A stretch of 64,000 nt of DNA, from positions 157,827 through 221,826 of the forward strand of contig CAVWRX010000007.1 of NCBI GenBank assembly GCA_963757595.1, written 5' to 3'. The notes below the pieces were generated by a model. It was not told where the DNA came from, ran no database searches, and saw nothing but the letters and a program-made list of their open reading frames with translations. Shown here one piece after another: positions 47,411-57,999 of this stretch (its first letter is position 1; each line of letters begins with the position of its first letter). This DNA is from an uncultured Chloroflexia bacterium (GTDB taxonomy: Bacteria; Chloroflexota; Limnocylindria; Limnocylindrales; CSP1-4). Made by a program: the position numbers and the translations under genes.

Positions 47411-50263
47411 GTGCCCCGCAGCGGCTGGCTCGCGCTGGGCGCCGTCGCGGCGGCACTCGCCGATGCCTCGCTCTCGAGTGTCCATCACCAGGTCGCACTC
47501 GCACTCCTCGGCGGGGGAGGCCTCCTGGCCGCCGGCACCGTGGCGCTCGCCATCCGCCGGGCGCGACCCCGCGCGGCCGATGGGGCGCGCTCGGCGGCGC
47601 TGACCGGGGCCGGGGTCACGGTCATCGCGTTGCGCTTGATCCTCGTGCCGCCGGCGGGGCCGTGGATCCCGGACGGGTCCCTGCCGGCTGGCAGCGGGCC
47701 GTGGGCGGGGGTCGTGACGTCGATCAGCGCCCCGAAGAACGGCGCGCAGCCGGCGGTGGTTGCGTTGGAGCCACCGCTCGGATTCAGCGTCGCAGCGACT
47801 TTGCCCGTGTTCCCGGTCGTCGTGCCCGGCGACCGGGTGACGATGACCGGTTCGCTGCAGGCGCCGCCGGTCGACGATCCATATGGTGACTACCTTCTCC
47901 GAATCGGCGCCGCGGGCACGCTGCGTGCGGACTCGGTCACGCTCGAAGCGCCGTCGGACGATCTCGGTCGGAAGCTCGAGGGTTTGCGCCGCACGGCGGA
48001 CGGCGCGCTCCGGACCGCGCTGCCCGAGCCGGAGGCGGGTTTGGCAAGCGGCATTCTCATCGGCCTGCGGGACCGCGTCGACCGGGACCTCACGGCGGCG
48101 TTCACGGCCGTCGGCGCAACACACGTGGTCGCAATCTCCGGCTGGAACATCGCGATCGTGGCGAGCACGCTTGCCGCTCTGGCCGGCCGCGTGGCCCGCC
48201 GGCGCCGCGTGCTGCTCACCGCGATCGCCATCGTCGCCTACGTGGCCTTTGTCGGGCCGTCGCCATCGGTGCTCCGGGCGGCGGGCATGGCCGCCGTCGT
48301 CATGGCCGCCCGGGAGCTGGGCCGGCCGAGCCGGGCCGCCGCCGCGATCGGCTGGGCCGTGACGGGCCTCCTGGTCGTCAGCCCGCCGATGGTCAGCGAT
48401 CCGGGGTTCCAGCTCTCGGCCCTTGCCACGGTCGGCCTCATCAGCTGGGGAACGCCGCTCACCGAGCGACTTGCCGGGCCCGCGCCCGGCCGCGTCCGAG
48501 CCTGGCTGGCCGAGAGCCTCGGCGTCTCGCTCGCGGCCCAGCTGGCGACGCTGCCGATCGTCGTGCTCTCGTTCGGGCGCCTGTCGATCGTCTCTCCGGT
48601 CGTGAACCTCGGCGTCGTTCCCCTGATCGCACCGGCGATGGGCGCCGGTGCGATCGCGCTCGGCGGCGGGCTCCTGGCCCAGGCCGGCCTGCCGGGTCTC
48701 GTGGCGACCCTGGCCGGTCTCCCGGCATGGGTCCTCTTCGCTGCGATCGTCGGCCTTGTCCGCGCCGGGGCGTCGATCCCGTTTGCGAGCGTCCAGCTCG
48801 AGGCGCCGTGGGACGCCGTCGTCGCGGCAGCCGCGGGGCTGGCGATTGTCGGGACAGCGCGCTGGCTGCGGCGCTCGGCACGGCGCAGGCGACGTGCCTC
48901 ACCAGGCTCCGTCGCGGCCAGGCCGGCTCCCGCCCGCCCGAGCGCCACCAGGGCTACCGTGACGGCCTGGTGGCGAGGCAGGGCAGGTCGCGTTCTGGCC
49001 GCCGCGCTCGCGACCAGCGTCCTGGGACTCGCCGTCGTCGTCATCCACCGGCCGGACGGCGTGCCACGCGTGACGGTGCTCGACGTCGGCCAGGGCGACG
49101 CCATCCTCGTGGAGGGCGACCGAGGTGGCCGGTTGCTGATCGACGGCGGACCGGATCCGGCCCGGCTCCTCGTCGCGCTCGAAGAGCACCTTCCGCCGTG
49201 GGACCGGCGGATCGACCTCGTCATCCTGTCGCATCCCCACGAGGACCACGCCGCCGGCCTGGCCGCCCTCCTCGCGCGATACGCCGTCCGTCGCGTGCTC
49301 GAGCCCGGGATGCTCGGGCCGGGGCCGGGCTACGCGGCCCTCAACGCGGAGCTGATCGCCCGCGGCATCGGCCGCGGGACGCTGGCGACCGGCGACCGGC
49401 TGGCCGTCGACGACATCCACTTCGATGTGTTGTGGCCCGATCGCGGCTCGGTCCCGGAGCGACCAGCGGACAGCGGGACGGCGATCAACAACGTCTCGAT
49501 CGTCCTGCTCGGCGACGTCGATGGGCATCGCTTCCTGCTCGCCGGCGACATCGAGGAAGGCATCGACCCGGTCCTGCTCGCCCGCGGGCTGCCACGGATC
49601 GACTTCCTGAAGGTGGCTCATCACGGGTCGAGGACGTCGTCCACCGCGGCGTTCCTGGCGACGACGCGACCCGGCATTGCCGTGATCTCCGCCGGGCGCG
49701 GCAACCCGTACGGCCACCCCGCCCCCGCCACGGTCGACCGGCTCACGGCGGCCGGGGCGCACGTCTTCCGCACCGACGACGACGGTTCGGTCACGGTGGA
49801 TCTCGGACCGGGGCCGGTCGAGGCGCGCGCCACCGGGGGTCGAAAGGCTGCGGCCTTGGCGCCGAGGACGGCCAGTGCCTTCCTGTGCGGCCTGCCACCT
49901 CCGCCGGGGGGCGTCTTCGAGCGTGTCGCCAGCGTGGCGGACCCGACCGCGGCAAGCATCGTCGGGGCTGCTCGACTCGCGCCCGTCCGACCGTTCGGGC
50001 CAACGCTCCCGACCGACACCGCCGCGGCGAACGACCTCGGCTACGCTGTGCCACGTGACGACCCTCTCGACCACTGGCTTGCCGTCCCGGCCACGCTCGA
50101 GCGCGACCAACGCGCCGGTCGCCTACTTCTGGGGCGACGACGGCTACGGGCTGGACGCCGCGGTCGAGGCGTTCCGGGAAGACGAGGCGCGGTTTCCTGC
50201 CGGAGCTCCCGAGCGATGGCGAGTTCGCGCCGAGTCCGGCGATGGTGGCCGCCTCCTCGGTGA
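47411..50263 (+). CDS. comEC: ComEC/Rec2 DNA internalisation channel with a metallo-beta-lactamase domain; the 3' ~140 codons overlap holA and may be read-through
   Basis: Polytopic competence domain and MBL motifs (LDVGQGDAILVE, LSHPHEDHAAGL, KVAHHGS). Conserved ComEC sequence ends near 49830. A GTG start directly abuts the comEA stop. Confidence 0.8.
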   Translation: MPRSGWLALGAVAAALADASLSSVHHQVALALLGGGGLLAAGTVALAIRRARPRAADGARSAALTGAGVTVIALRLILVPPAGPWIPDGSLPAGSGPWAGVVTSISAPKNGAQPAVVALEPPLGFSVAATLPVFPVVVPGDRVTMTGSLQAPPVDDPYGDYLLRIGAAGTLRADSVTLEAPSDDLGRKLEGLRRTADGALRTALPEPEAGLASGILIGLRDRVDRDLTAAFTAVGATHVVAISGWNIAIVASTLAALAGRVARRRRVLLTAIAIVAYVAFVGPSPSVLRAAGMAAVVMAARELGRPSRAAAAIGWAVTGLLVVSPPMVSDPGFQLSALATVGLISWGTPLTERLAGPAPGRVRAWLAESLGVSLAAQLATLPIVVLSFGRLSIVSPVVNLGVVPLIAPAMGAGAIALGGGLLAQAGLPGLVATLAGLPAWVLFAAIVGLVRAGASIPFASVQLEAPWDAVVAAAAGLAIVGTARWLRRSARRRRRASPGSVAARPAPARPSATRATVTAWWRGRAGRVLAAALATSVLGLAVVVIHRPDGVPRVTVLDVGQGDAILVEGDRGGRLLIDGGPDPARLLVALEEHLPPWDRRIDLVILSHPHEDHAAGLAALLARYAVRRVLEPGMLGPGPGYAALNAELIARGIGRGTLATGDRLAVDDIHFDVLWPDRGSVPERPADSGTAINNVSIVLLGDVDGHRFLLAGDIEEGIDPVLLARGLPRIDFLKVAHHGSRTSSTAAFLATTRPGIAVISAGRGNPYGHPAPATVDRLTAAGAHVFRTDDDGSVTVDLGPGPVEARATGGRKAAALAPRTASAFLCGLPPPPGGVFERVASVADPTAASIVGAARLAPVRPFGPTLPTDTAAANDLGYAVPRDDPLDHWLAVPATLERDQRAGRLLLGRRRLRAGRRGRGVPGRRGAVSCRSSRAMASSRRVRRWWPPPR

Positions 50264-51179
50264 GCTCGGGACCCGGCTGGCAACCGGCACGATGTTCGGC
50301 GCGGGAACGCTGGCTGTCATCGATGGCGCGGCGCAGCTCGTCCGGAAGAACTCGGATCGGGACGCGCTCCTGGCGCTGCTCGGAACGATCGCGCCGGGCA
50401 ACGGCCTGGTGGTCGCCGAGGAGACCGACTCGGGGAAGAAGGACCCGCCCGCGAAGGCGCTCGCCGACGGAATCCGGGCGATGGGCGGCGAGGTCCGACG
50501 TCTCCAGGCGCCGCGGGAGGGCGGGCTCGCGGCGTGGGTCGAGGCGCGGGCCCGCGAACGCGGGATTGCCCTGGGCCCCGGGGCGGCCCGCGAGCTGGCC
50601 ACCCGCGTCGGCGGCTTCGTCCGCGAGGGCGATGTCGACCGGCGCAACCAGGGTCGCCTGGCGGTGATGGAGCTCGAGAAGCTCGCGCTCCGGCGCATCG
50701 CGGGGCCTGCTGCCGCCGGGCACGGCGTCCCGGGTGATCCCGTTACGGTCGACGACGTCCGCGACCTCGTCCCGGAAGCGGTACCGGGTTCCATCTGGGG
50801 GTTCGTCGATGCCGTGGGGATGCGCCAACGGACGAGGTCGCTGGAGCTCCTCGAGCGTCTCTTTGATGTCACGCCGGAGCCGGTGCTCCTCGCGGTCCTG
50901 CATCGGCGGCTCCGGGAGCTGCTCGAGGTCGCGGACCGCCTGCGATCCGGCGAAGCACCGGGCTCGCTCGTCCGCTCGATGCGCCTCCAGCCGTTCCGGG
51001 CCGAAACGCTCGCCCGCCAGGCGCGGGCCTGGTCGGTCGGCGAGCTGGCTGCCGCCCTCGAGGGCCTGCTCGAGCTGGATGCGCTGGTGAAGGGTGTCGG
51101 CGGCGGCGCGGCGAGCGAGGGACAGGTCAGGCTGGCGTTTGACCTGTGGCTGGCTGATCGGGTTTCGCCGGCTGGCTGA
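50055..51179 (+). CDS. holA: DNA polymerase III delta subunit (start uncertain: GTG 50055 or TTG 50079)
   Basis: The N-terminal block VAYFWGDDGYGLDAAVEAF and the overall HolA-like helical C-terminal domain. Confidence 0.7.
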   Translation: MTTLSTTGLPSRPRSSATNAPVAYFWGDDGYGLDAAVEAFREDEARFPAGAPERWRVRAESGDGGRLLGELGTRLATGTMFGAGTLAVIDGAAQLVRKNSDRDALLALLGTIAPGNGLVVAEETDSGKKDPPAKALADGIRAMGGEVRRLQAPREGGLAAWVEARARERGIALGPGAARELATRVGGFVREGDVDRRNQGRLAVMELEKLALRRIAGPAAAGHGVPGDPVTVDDVRDLVPEAVPGSIWGFVDAVGMRQRTRSLELLERLFDVTPEPVLLAVLHRRLRELLEVADRLRSGEAPGSLVRSMRLQPFRAETLARQARAWSVGELAAALEGLLELDALVKGVGGGAASEGQVRLAFDLWLADRVSPAG

Positions 51180-51275
51180 CCCGGTCGAGCGGCTGGCGAC
51201 GGAGCCAGCTCGGGATCGGAGTCGGACGACCACGGTAGAACTGCACCGAGCGGCGCCCGAACGGAACCTGCGGGT

Positions 51276-51524
51276 TCACGCCGACCAGGCCTGCTCCTGG
51301 ATCACGAGATCGCTTTCGATCGCGAACGTGCAGCGGCCGTCGGCCAGGTCGAGGAGCTCGATGAGATCCGGATCGATGTACAGCTGGTGGCAGTCCTCGC
51401 AGAGGCCCCCGGGGATCCCGAAGCAGAGCCGCTCCGTCTGGTCAGGCAGCCGGAACGTGGTGTCGAACCTGGTGCTGATGAGCCGTCGGCTGCAGGCCGG
51501 GCAGCGCTCGCGGATCGTTGTCAT
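51276..51524 (-). CDS. Hypothetical zinc-ribbon protein (CPAC...C..C.DC)
   Basis: Four to five Cys arranged as two knuckles. It is downstream of rsfS. Start uncertain. Confidence 0.4.
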   Translation of the reverse strand: MTTIRERCPACSRRLISTRFDTTFRLPDQTERLCFGIPGGLCEDCHQLYIDPDLIELLDLADGRCTFAIESDLVIQEQAWSA

Positions 51525-51601
51525 GGCTCGATGGTGGAACGACCCCACTGGCACCGACATGACCCGAGGGTACGGGGCCCCCCGGTACACCTGACGGGCG
51601 G

Positions 51602-52105
51602 CTACTGCACCCGCAGAATCGTCTTCGCCTCGGACCAGTGCTTCTCGAGCTGATAGAAGTCCCGTTCCGGGGGCGTGAAGACGTGGACGATCACGATCCC
51701 GAAGTCGACGAGGACCCAGTGCGACGCGGGGACGCCCTCGCGGCCGATCGGCCGGGTGCCCTCCGCGCGCATGCCGTCGATGACGCCGCCCGCGATGGCG
51801 TCCAGCTGGCGCTCCGAGCCTCCAGAGCAGATCACGAAATAGTCGGCCATGGTCGTCAGCCCGGCGAGCTCGAGGAGCACGATGTCGACGGCCTTCTTGT
51901 CCTCCGCGAGCTCCACGATCCGCCGGGCGATATCGAGCGGCGAACGCTCGACGGCCGCAGCGGCCTTGCGGGCGCGGGCGACGACCCGGGCGCGGCCGGG
52001 TTTGCCCGCCGCGCGGGCCGCCCCAGGGCGCGTGCTGGCTTCCAGCACCTCATCGACGGGGGAGGTTTCGATGGTCGTCTCGGGCGCGGGATCGGTCACT
52101 GGCAA
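51602..52105 (-). CDS. rsfS: Ribosomal silencing factor RsfS (Iojap) with an N-terminal extension
   Basis: Core DIVLLEL...ADYFVICSGGSERQLDAIA...WVLVDFGIVIVHVF. Confidence 0.85.
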   Translation of the reverse strand: MPVTDPAPETTIETSPVDEVLEASTRPGAARAAGKPGRARVVARARKAAAAVERSPLDIARRIVELAEDKKAVDIVLLELAGLTTMADYFVICSGGSERQLDAIAGGVIDGMRAEGTRPIGREGVPASHWVLVDFGIVIVHVFTPPERDFYQLEKHWSEAKTILRVQ

Positions 52106-52112
52106 TTGAACC

Positions 52113-52772
52113 TCAGGTGGGGCTCACCGGCGGGTGGCCGGCGTACAGCCCATGATCGTGGATATGGCGCTCGACCGCGTCGGGGACGAGATAGCGGATT
52201 GAGCGCCCGGCCGCGACACGAGCGCGGATCTCGGTCGAGGAGATCGCGAGGCGCGGCCCATCGAGGAGGTCGAACCGGTCCTCGAGGCCCGGGAATTGGC
52301 TCGCGAGCCAGGCCGCGTCCGGGAGCGGCTGGTCTTCGCGGGGCACGACTGCGACGCGACAGGCCCGCAGCAGTCGGTCGGGGTCCCGCCAGGTCCGCAG
52401 GCCGGCGAGGGTCTCGGTCGACATGATCAAGGTCAGGTCGGGCGTCCCGCCGCGATCGCGAACCTCGGCCGAGAGGAGGGCGACGGTGTCGGCCGTGAAC
52501 GACGGCCCGGGGCGATCGAGGTCGATGCGACTTGCCTCGAACGCCGGGTTGCCCGCGATCGCCAGCCGGACCATGGCCAGCCGGTCCTCGCCGCCGGCGA
52601 CGGCCCCGTCGGGCTTGTGGGGCGGCACGCGGGCCGGCACGAAGAGGACCCGCTCCAGGCCCAGGACCTCGCGCGACTCCTCGGCCACGGCGAGGTGACC
52701 GAGGTGGACGGGATCGAACGTCCCGCCCATGATTCCGATCGAGCCCGGCCGCGTGATGGTCGGTGGCTCGAC
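52113..52772 (-). CDS. nadD: Nicotinate-nucleotide adenylyltransferase
   Basis: IGIMGGTFDPVHLGHL (H/TxGH motif) and a C-terminal SSTEIR block. The start is probably GTG 52772, just after the obg stop. Confidence 0.85.
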   Translation of the reverse strand, partial: VEPPTITRPGSIGIMGGTFDPVHLGHLAVAEESREVLGLERVLFVPARVPPHKPDGAVAGGEDRLAMVRLAIAGNPAFEASRIDLDRPGPSFTADTVALLSAEVRDRGGTPDLTLIMSTETLAGLRTWRDPDRLLRACRVAVVPREDQPLPDAAWLASQFPGLEDRFDLLDGPRLAISSTEIRARVAAGRSIRYLVPDAVERHIHDHGLYAGHPPVSPT

Positions 52773-52777
52773 GGCAG

Positions 52778-54082
52778 TCACGCCCACCGCTCCGCCGACC
52801 ACGCGTCGCCGGCCCATTCGAGCTCCACGGATCCGAAGCGGACGGTATCACCGGCCCGGACACCAGCCCGGCGCAGCTCGGCATCGACCCCGAGGCGCTC
52901 GAGGTCGCGCTGGAAGCGCTCGGCCGACTCCTCGACCTCGAAGTTCGTCTGGGCTGCGATCCGCTCGATGCGCCGGCCGCGGACCACCCAGGCTCCATCG
53001 GCCTCGCGCTCGACGGCAAAGGACTCGCCCATCGACTCGATCCGATGGACGACGACGCCGGACGGCTCCGGTGGCTCCGCCAGTTCCTCGACGCCGGGCA
53101 GCAGGGTCCCGACCTGCGAACGAAGCTCGGGGATGCCCTGGCCGGTCGAGGCCGCGATCGCCAGAACCGGCAGGCCTTCCCGGATTCGCGTTGCGCGGAA
53201 CGCCGGCCACGCGTCGGCGGCGCCCGGAAGATCGAGCTTGTTGAAGACGACGAGGCGCGGCTTCTCGAGCAGGACCGGATCGTGGGCAGCAAGCTCGTCA
53301 CGAATGACCCCGAAGTCCCACTCCGGATCGCGGCTGGAGCCGTCGACGATCTGGATGAGAATCCGGGTTCGTTCGATGTGGCGCAGGAAGGCGTGCCCCA
53401 GCCCGGCACCCTCACTTGCCCCCTCGATGAGGCCGGGGACGTCGGCGATCGTCGGCAGCCGGCCGTCCTCCATGCCGAGGTCCATGACGCCGAGGTTCGG
53501 CTCGAGGGTCGTGAACGGGTAGTCGGCGATCTTCGGGTGCGCGGCGGTCAACGCCGCGAGCAGCGTCGACTTGCCGGCGTTGGGGAGACCCACGAGGCCG
53601 ATGTCGGCGATGAGCCTGAGCTCGAGGCGGATCCAGTGCTCCTCGCCGGGCTGACCCTTCTGGGCGTGCTTCGGGGCCTGGTGCGTGGCCGTCGCAAAGT
53701 GCTTGTTGCCAAGACCGCCGCGGCCACCTCGGGCGACCATCGCCGACTGGCCGACAGCGACGAGATCGGCGATCAGGGCTCCGGTCGCATCGTCGTAGAC
53801 GGCCGTTCCGGGAGGGACGGCGAGGACCAGGTCCGTGCCGGCCTTGCCGTGTCGCCGCGACCCCTCGCCACGGCCACCGCCGGGCGCCTTGAAGTGGTGG
53901 CGGTACTGGAAGTCGCGAAGGGTCGTCTGGCCCGCATCGACCGTGAGGTGGATGGAGGCACCCCGGCCCCCATCACCGCCGTCTGGACCGCCGCGCGGGA
54001 CGTGCGCCTCCTGACGGAAGGTTGCCGCTCCGTCACCACCGTTGCCGGCGCTGACGTGGACCTTCACACGGTCGAGAAACAT
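52778..54082 (-). CDS. obg: GTPase Obg/CgtA
   Basis: An N-terminal Gly-rich Obg fold (GGDGGRGASI, GGRGGLGN), G1 GLPNAGKST, G3 DVPGLIEGA, G4 NKLD, and a C-terminal TGS-like domain. Confidence 0.92.
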   Translation of the reverse strand: MFLDRVKVHVSAGNGGDGAATFRQEAHVPRGGPDGGDGGRGASIHLTVDAGQTTLRDFQYRHHFKAPGGGRGEGSRRHGKAGTDLVLAVPPGTAVYDDATGALIADLVAVGQSAMVARGGRGGLGNKHFATATHQAPKHAQKGQPGEEHWIRLELRLIADIGLVGLPNAGKSTLLAALTAAHPKIADYPFTTLEPNLGVMDLGMEDGRLPTIADVPGLIEGASEGAGLGHAFLRHIERTRILIQIVDGSSRDPEWDFGVIRDELAAHDPVLLEKPRLVVFNKLDLPGAADAWPAFRATRIREGLPVLAIAASTGQGIPELRSQVGTLLPGVEELAEPPEPSGVVVHRIESMGESFAVEREADGAWVVRGRRIERIAAQTNFEVEESAERFQRDLERLGVDAELRRAGVRAGDTVRFGSVELEWAGDAWSAERWA

Positions 54083-54143
54083 GGAGACCTATCTTCCCAC
54101 GAGGGGAGGGCGCCAGCGGGGGCGCGCGTGGGGGACGGCCGGA

Positions 54144-55205
54144 TCAGAAGTAGCGCAGCGGGTTGACGCGCGTGCCGCCGTTCCAGATCTGTCCGACCCA
54201 GACCTCGAAGTGGAGGTGCGGCCCGGTCGCGTCCCCCGTCATGCCGATCCGGCCGACCTGCTGGCCCCGCCCGACGGACTGGCCGGCGGAGACGGTGATC
54301 GCCGACATGTGGTTGTAGGTCGTGTAGATGTTGGAGCCATGCGAGATCCAGACCTGGTAGCCGCCACCGTTGTTCTTCCAGCCCGCGAAGGTCACGGTGC
54401 CCTTGGCCGCCGCCACGACCTTGGAGCCGTACGACGCCGCGATGTCGATGGCCCAGTGGCCGTAGTGGAAGTACTGGCTGATGTAATTGCCGCCGCCGAT
54501 GACCGGCCAGGTGAACTTGCCGCCCGCGTATTTCGTGGGGCCGCAGCTCGTGCAGCTCGTGCTGCCCTTGGTCGTGGTGGTGTGCTTGGTCGGTGTGGTC
54601 GTGGGGATCGGCGCACCGGCCGCGTCCGGCATGATCAGCACCTGACCGATGATGAGGGTCGGGTCCTCGAGCTGGTTGATCGCGAGGATGTCGGTCGAGT
54701 CGACCGAGTACTTGGCCGACAGGCTGTCGAGGGTATCGCCCGTCTGGACCGTGACCACCAGGCCATTCACGGGCGGTATCACGAGCTTCTGTCCGACGTG
54801 CAGGGCGTCTTTCGAGGTCAGGTGATTGGCCCACCAGATCGTCATCATCGAGATGCCGTAGTGGCTCGCGATGCCGGTCAGGGTGTCGCCCGATCGGACC
54901 GTGTAGGTCGTCAGCAGGGAACTGCCGTCCTGGACTGCCGTGTCGACGGCTACGCCCTTGTAGACGGTGCCGTCGTCGGCGTAGCTCTGCGTCGGCGCCT
55001 CGGCCGAGTACGCACCGCCGGATCCGGCGCCACTGATGAGCGCGAGCTCCGCCGGATCGAGCTGGTCTTCGGCGCCGCCCCCGATCGCGAGCCGGGGTGC
55101 CGATCCGGGACCGTCGACGGCGCCGGTCGAGTGGGCTGCCGCGGCGGGCTGGAAGCTGATCAGGCTGGCCGTCAGGACGAGGACCGCCGCGATGATCGGG
55201 AGCAT
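54144..55205 (-). CDS. Secreted LysM (x2) plus M23 peptidase (cell-wall endopeptidase)
   Basis: Signal peptide, two LysM repeats (YTVRSGDTLTGIASHYG; VTVQTGDTLDSLSAKYS), and M23 motifs (HWAIDIA, HLHFEV). The start is ATG 55205. Confidence 0.85.
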   Translation of the reverse strand: MLPIIAAVLVLTASLISFQPAAAAHSTGAVDGPGSAPRLAIGGGAEDQLDPAELALISGAGSGGAYSAEAPTQSYADDGTVYKGVAVDTAVQDGSSLLTTYTVRSGDTLTGIASHYGISMMTIWWANHLTSKDALHVGQKLVIPPVNGLVVTVQTGDTLDSLSAKYSVDSTDILAINQLEDPTLIIGQVLIMPDAAGAPIPTTTPTKHTTTTKGSTSCTSCGPTKYAGGKFTWPVIGGGNYISQYFHYGHWAIDIAASYGSKVVAAAKGTVTFAGWKNNGGGYQVWISHGSNIYTTYNHMSAITVSAGQSVGRGQQVGRIGMTGDATGPHLHFEVWVGQIWNGGTRVNPLRYF

Positions 55206-55649
55206 TCGCTCGGACGCAAGGCGGACCGCGATCGCGCGACGGAGCGTGACCGGTCGCGGACGAACCGACGGCCTGGGGCCCAGATGGGCGAGGTGGGCAA
55301 GGGCGGCGAACCGCACGCCGAAACTACGGGCCAGGCCGATCGATCGGCGATGGGCTCCGTACCTACGCGGGGTGGTCTCGCTCTTGGCTGGGCGGAGGCG
55401 GGCAACAGCGCGCGCGACGCCGGCCGGGGCGTTCAGCAATATCGTCTCCTGCAAGGACGGCCCACGCGTGCGGGAGGAACGCGGGTTCGGGGGATCAAGG
55501 ACCGTCCGGTTGTCTGCGATCTATGAGCTGGGGTCTCGTGTTTCGCGGGCGATGCCTGCTCCTCCGCGAGCATCGACTTGGGCGGACCTTACCACGGCCC
55601 TCTTCGGCGGCGCAAACGTCCGGGGCCCCGGGCTTGGGGCCAGGCGACG

Positions 55650-57026
55650 CTAGGAGTCGAGGCTCTTGGTCAGACCAGCGAGGAACTGGACATTGTTGTC
55701 GGTCTTCGACAGCCGGTTCAGGAGGAGCTCGATGCCCTCGTTCGTTCCGACCGCCGACAGCATCCGGCGCATCGTCCAGACCATCTTGAGCGTACCGTCC
55801 TCGAGGAGGAGCTCCTCGCGACGGGTGCCGGAGCGCATCACGTCAATGGCCGGGAAGATGCGCTTCTCCCCCAGCTTCCGATCGAGGATGAGCTCGGAGT
55901 TGCCGGTGCCCTTGAACTCCTCGTAGATCACGTCGTCCATCCGGGACCCGGTGTCGACCAGGCAGGTGGCGATGATCGTGAGCGATCCACCCTCCTCGAT
56001 CTTCCGGGCGGCGCCGAAGAATCGCTTGGGCGGGTAGAGGGCGATGGGATCGATGCCGCCGGAAAGGGTTCGACCCGATGGCGGCAGGGCCAGGTTGTAG
56101 GCGCGCGCGAGCCTCGTGATCGAATCCATCAGGATCACGACGTCTCGGCCGGTCTCGACCTGGCGCTTGGCGATCTCGAGGGCCATCTCGGCGACGTGGG
56201 TGTGATTTTCGGTCGGCTCGTCGAAGGTCGAGCTGATGACCTCGCCCTTGACGCTGCGGCGCATGTCCGTGACCTCCTCCGGCCGTTCGCCGATGAGGGC
56301 GACCATGAGGAGGATGTCGGGGTAGTTCGCCGTGATCCCGTTCGCGATGTTCTTCAGGAGCATCGTCTTGCCGGCCTTCGGCGGGCTGACGATGAGCGCC
56401 CGCTGGCCCTTGCCGATCGGGTTGACGAGGTTGACCAGGCGCTGGCTGAGGTTCTTGGGGTCGCTCTCGAGGTTGATGAGCTCGTTCGGGTGAACCGGCG
56501 TCAGGTCACCGAAGTGGGGTCGCGCGCGCGCAGTCTCGATATCGACGCCGTTGACCGAGTCGACCCGCAGGAGGCCCCAGTACTTCTCCTGCTCCCGCGG
56601 CGCGCGCACCGCGCCCGAGACGCGATCACCGACCCGGAGCGCGAACCGGCGCACCTGGCTCGAGGAGACGTAGACGTCATCGGGACCGGGCAGGAGGCCG
56701 TGGCGACGCATGAACCCGTAGCCCTCGTCCACGATGTCGAGGATGCCCGTGGCGTAGGCATGGCCGGCGCGCTCGGTCTGGGCCTGGAGGATCCGATCGA
56801 CGAGGTCTTCCTTGCGATCGTCGGTCGCGGTCTCCATCTCCAGGTCGCGACCGACCTGGCGGAGCTCGACGACGCTCATCTCGAGGAGGTCGGCGACGTC
56901 GAGGTCGTTTCGCTCGCGGGCGGCCTCGAGCTCCTGCATCTCCTCGAATTCGCTCACGGGGGCGCGGCCGACGGGATTGCGACGTCGAGGACGTCGATTA
57001 CGTGGACGCTGATCGGGACCGGGCAT
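55650..57026 (-). CDS. rho: Transcription termination factor Rho (Arg-rich N-terminal insertion)
   Basis: An OB/CSD RNA-binding domain ([14 protein letters not shown]) and the ATPase core ([18 protein letters not shown]- and R-loops). A terminator-like hairpin lies downstream (55615-55645). Confidence 0.92.
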   Translation of the reverse strand: MPGPDQRPRNRRPRRRNPVGRAPVSEFEEMQELEAARERNDLDVADLLEMSVVELRQVGRDLEMETATDDRKEDLVDRILQAQTERAGHAYATGILDIVDEGYGFMRRHGLLPGPDDVYVSSSQVRRFALRVGDRVSGAVRAPREQEKYWGLLRVDSVNGVDIETARARPHFGDLTPVHPNELINLESDPKNLSQRLVNLVNPIGKGQRALIVSPPKAGKTMLLKNIANGITANYPDILLMVALIGERPEEVTDMRRSVKGEVISSTFDEPTENHTHVAEMALEIAKRQVETGRDVVILMDSITRLARAYNLALPPSGRTLSGGIDPIALYPPKRFFGAARKIEEGGSLTIIATCLVDTGSRMDDVIYEEFKGTGNSELILDRKLGEKRIFPAIDVMRSGTRREELLLEDGTLKMVWTMRRMLSAVGTNEGIELLLNRLSKTDNNVQFLAGLTKSLDS

Positions 57027-57114
57027 GAAAACGGGCACCTGCACGTGCAAGGTTGAGGAATTCGACCGCGCGGGAAGGAGTCCGCGGCGCGGACGAAGGG
57101 GGAATGCAAGGAGT

Positions 57115-57909
57115 ATGGACTTCGTCCGGGCGGTCGTCAATCGGGATGTAGCATCGGCGAGCGCCATGTCCACCGACCCATCCGCCCCGCGTCTGCCGCC
57201 AGATCCCGCACATCGCGGCAACGTGGCGTCCCCGGCCGAAGTCGGCGCCATGTTCGACCGCATCGCGCGGGTCTACGACCCGCTCAACGCGGTCATCTCG
57301 GGCTTCCAGGAGCCGCGCTGGCGCCGCCGCCTCGTCGCCGCCGTGAAGATCTCCCCGGGCATGTCCGTGCTGGATGTCGCAACGGGCACCGGCGCCGTCG
57401 CTCGCGACCTTGCCCGCCGCGTCGGTCCGACCGGCCGGGTGCTCGGCGTCGATCTGTCGGCGGGCATGATCGCCCGAGCCGTCGCCCGGCCCGGAAATCC
57501 GGCCCAGCTGCGGTTCGAACAGGGTGACGCCCTCGCCCTGCCCGTCGCGGACGGTGCCTTCGATGCAGCGACAATCGCTTTCGGGATGCGGAACCTGCCG
57601 GACTATGCGGCCGGCTTCGCGGAGATGTCGCGAGCGGTCGGGCCGGGTGGGGTGGTCGCCTGCCTGGAGATCGCGAGGCCGGCGACGCTCGTTGGCCGGC
57701 TCGGCCGGATGTGGTTCGAGCGGATCGTCCCGCGACTCGGGCAGCTCGCCGGCCATGGCGACGCGTATCGCTACCTGGTGACGAGCGTCCAGGCCTACCC
57801 TCCCCCGGGCGAGATCGCCGCGATCATGCGCGGCGTGGGCCTGCTCGACGTCGCCTGGTCCCCGCTGACCTTCGGGATGGTCACGATCCATGTGGGGCGG
57901 CGGGGCTGA
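57115..57909 (+). CDS. ubiE: Demethylmenaquinone/ubiquinone methyltransferase (UbiE/MenG family); start 57115 or 57166
   Basis: MFDRIARVYDPLN, SAM motif I VLDVATGTGAVA, and the acidic motif II. It is divergent from rho. Confidence 0.8.
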   Translation: MDFVRAVVNRDVASASAMSTDPSAPRLPPDPAHRGNVASPAEVGAMFDRIARVYDPLNAVISGFQEPRWRRRLVAAVKISPGMSVLDVATGTGAVARDLARRVGPTGRVLGVDLSAGMIARAVARPGNPAQLRFEQGDALALPVADGAFDAATIAFGMRNLPDYAAGFAEMSRAVGPGGVVACLEIARPATLVGRLGRMWFERIVPRLGQLAGHGDAYRYLVTSVQAYPPPGEIAAIMRGVGLLDVAWSPLTFGMVTIHVGRRG

Positions 57910-57999
57910 GTCGGCGTCCGCAGCTACGTCGTCGTCCGCAACGGAACCTCGCCGGCGCGCACGCGACGGACCCAAGGGCTCGGCGGTGGATCCGCGGCC

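Noticed and set aside
46403-48124. 573-aa minus-strand ORF
   Set aside because: Antisense to comEA/comEC. Arg-rich, low-complexity.
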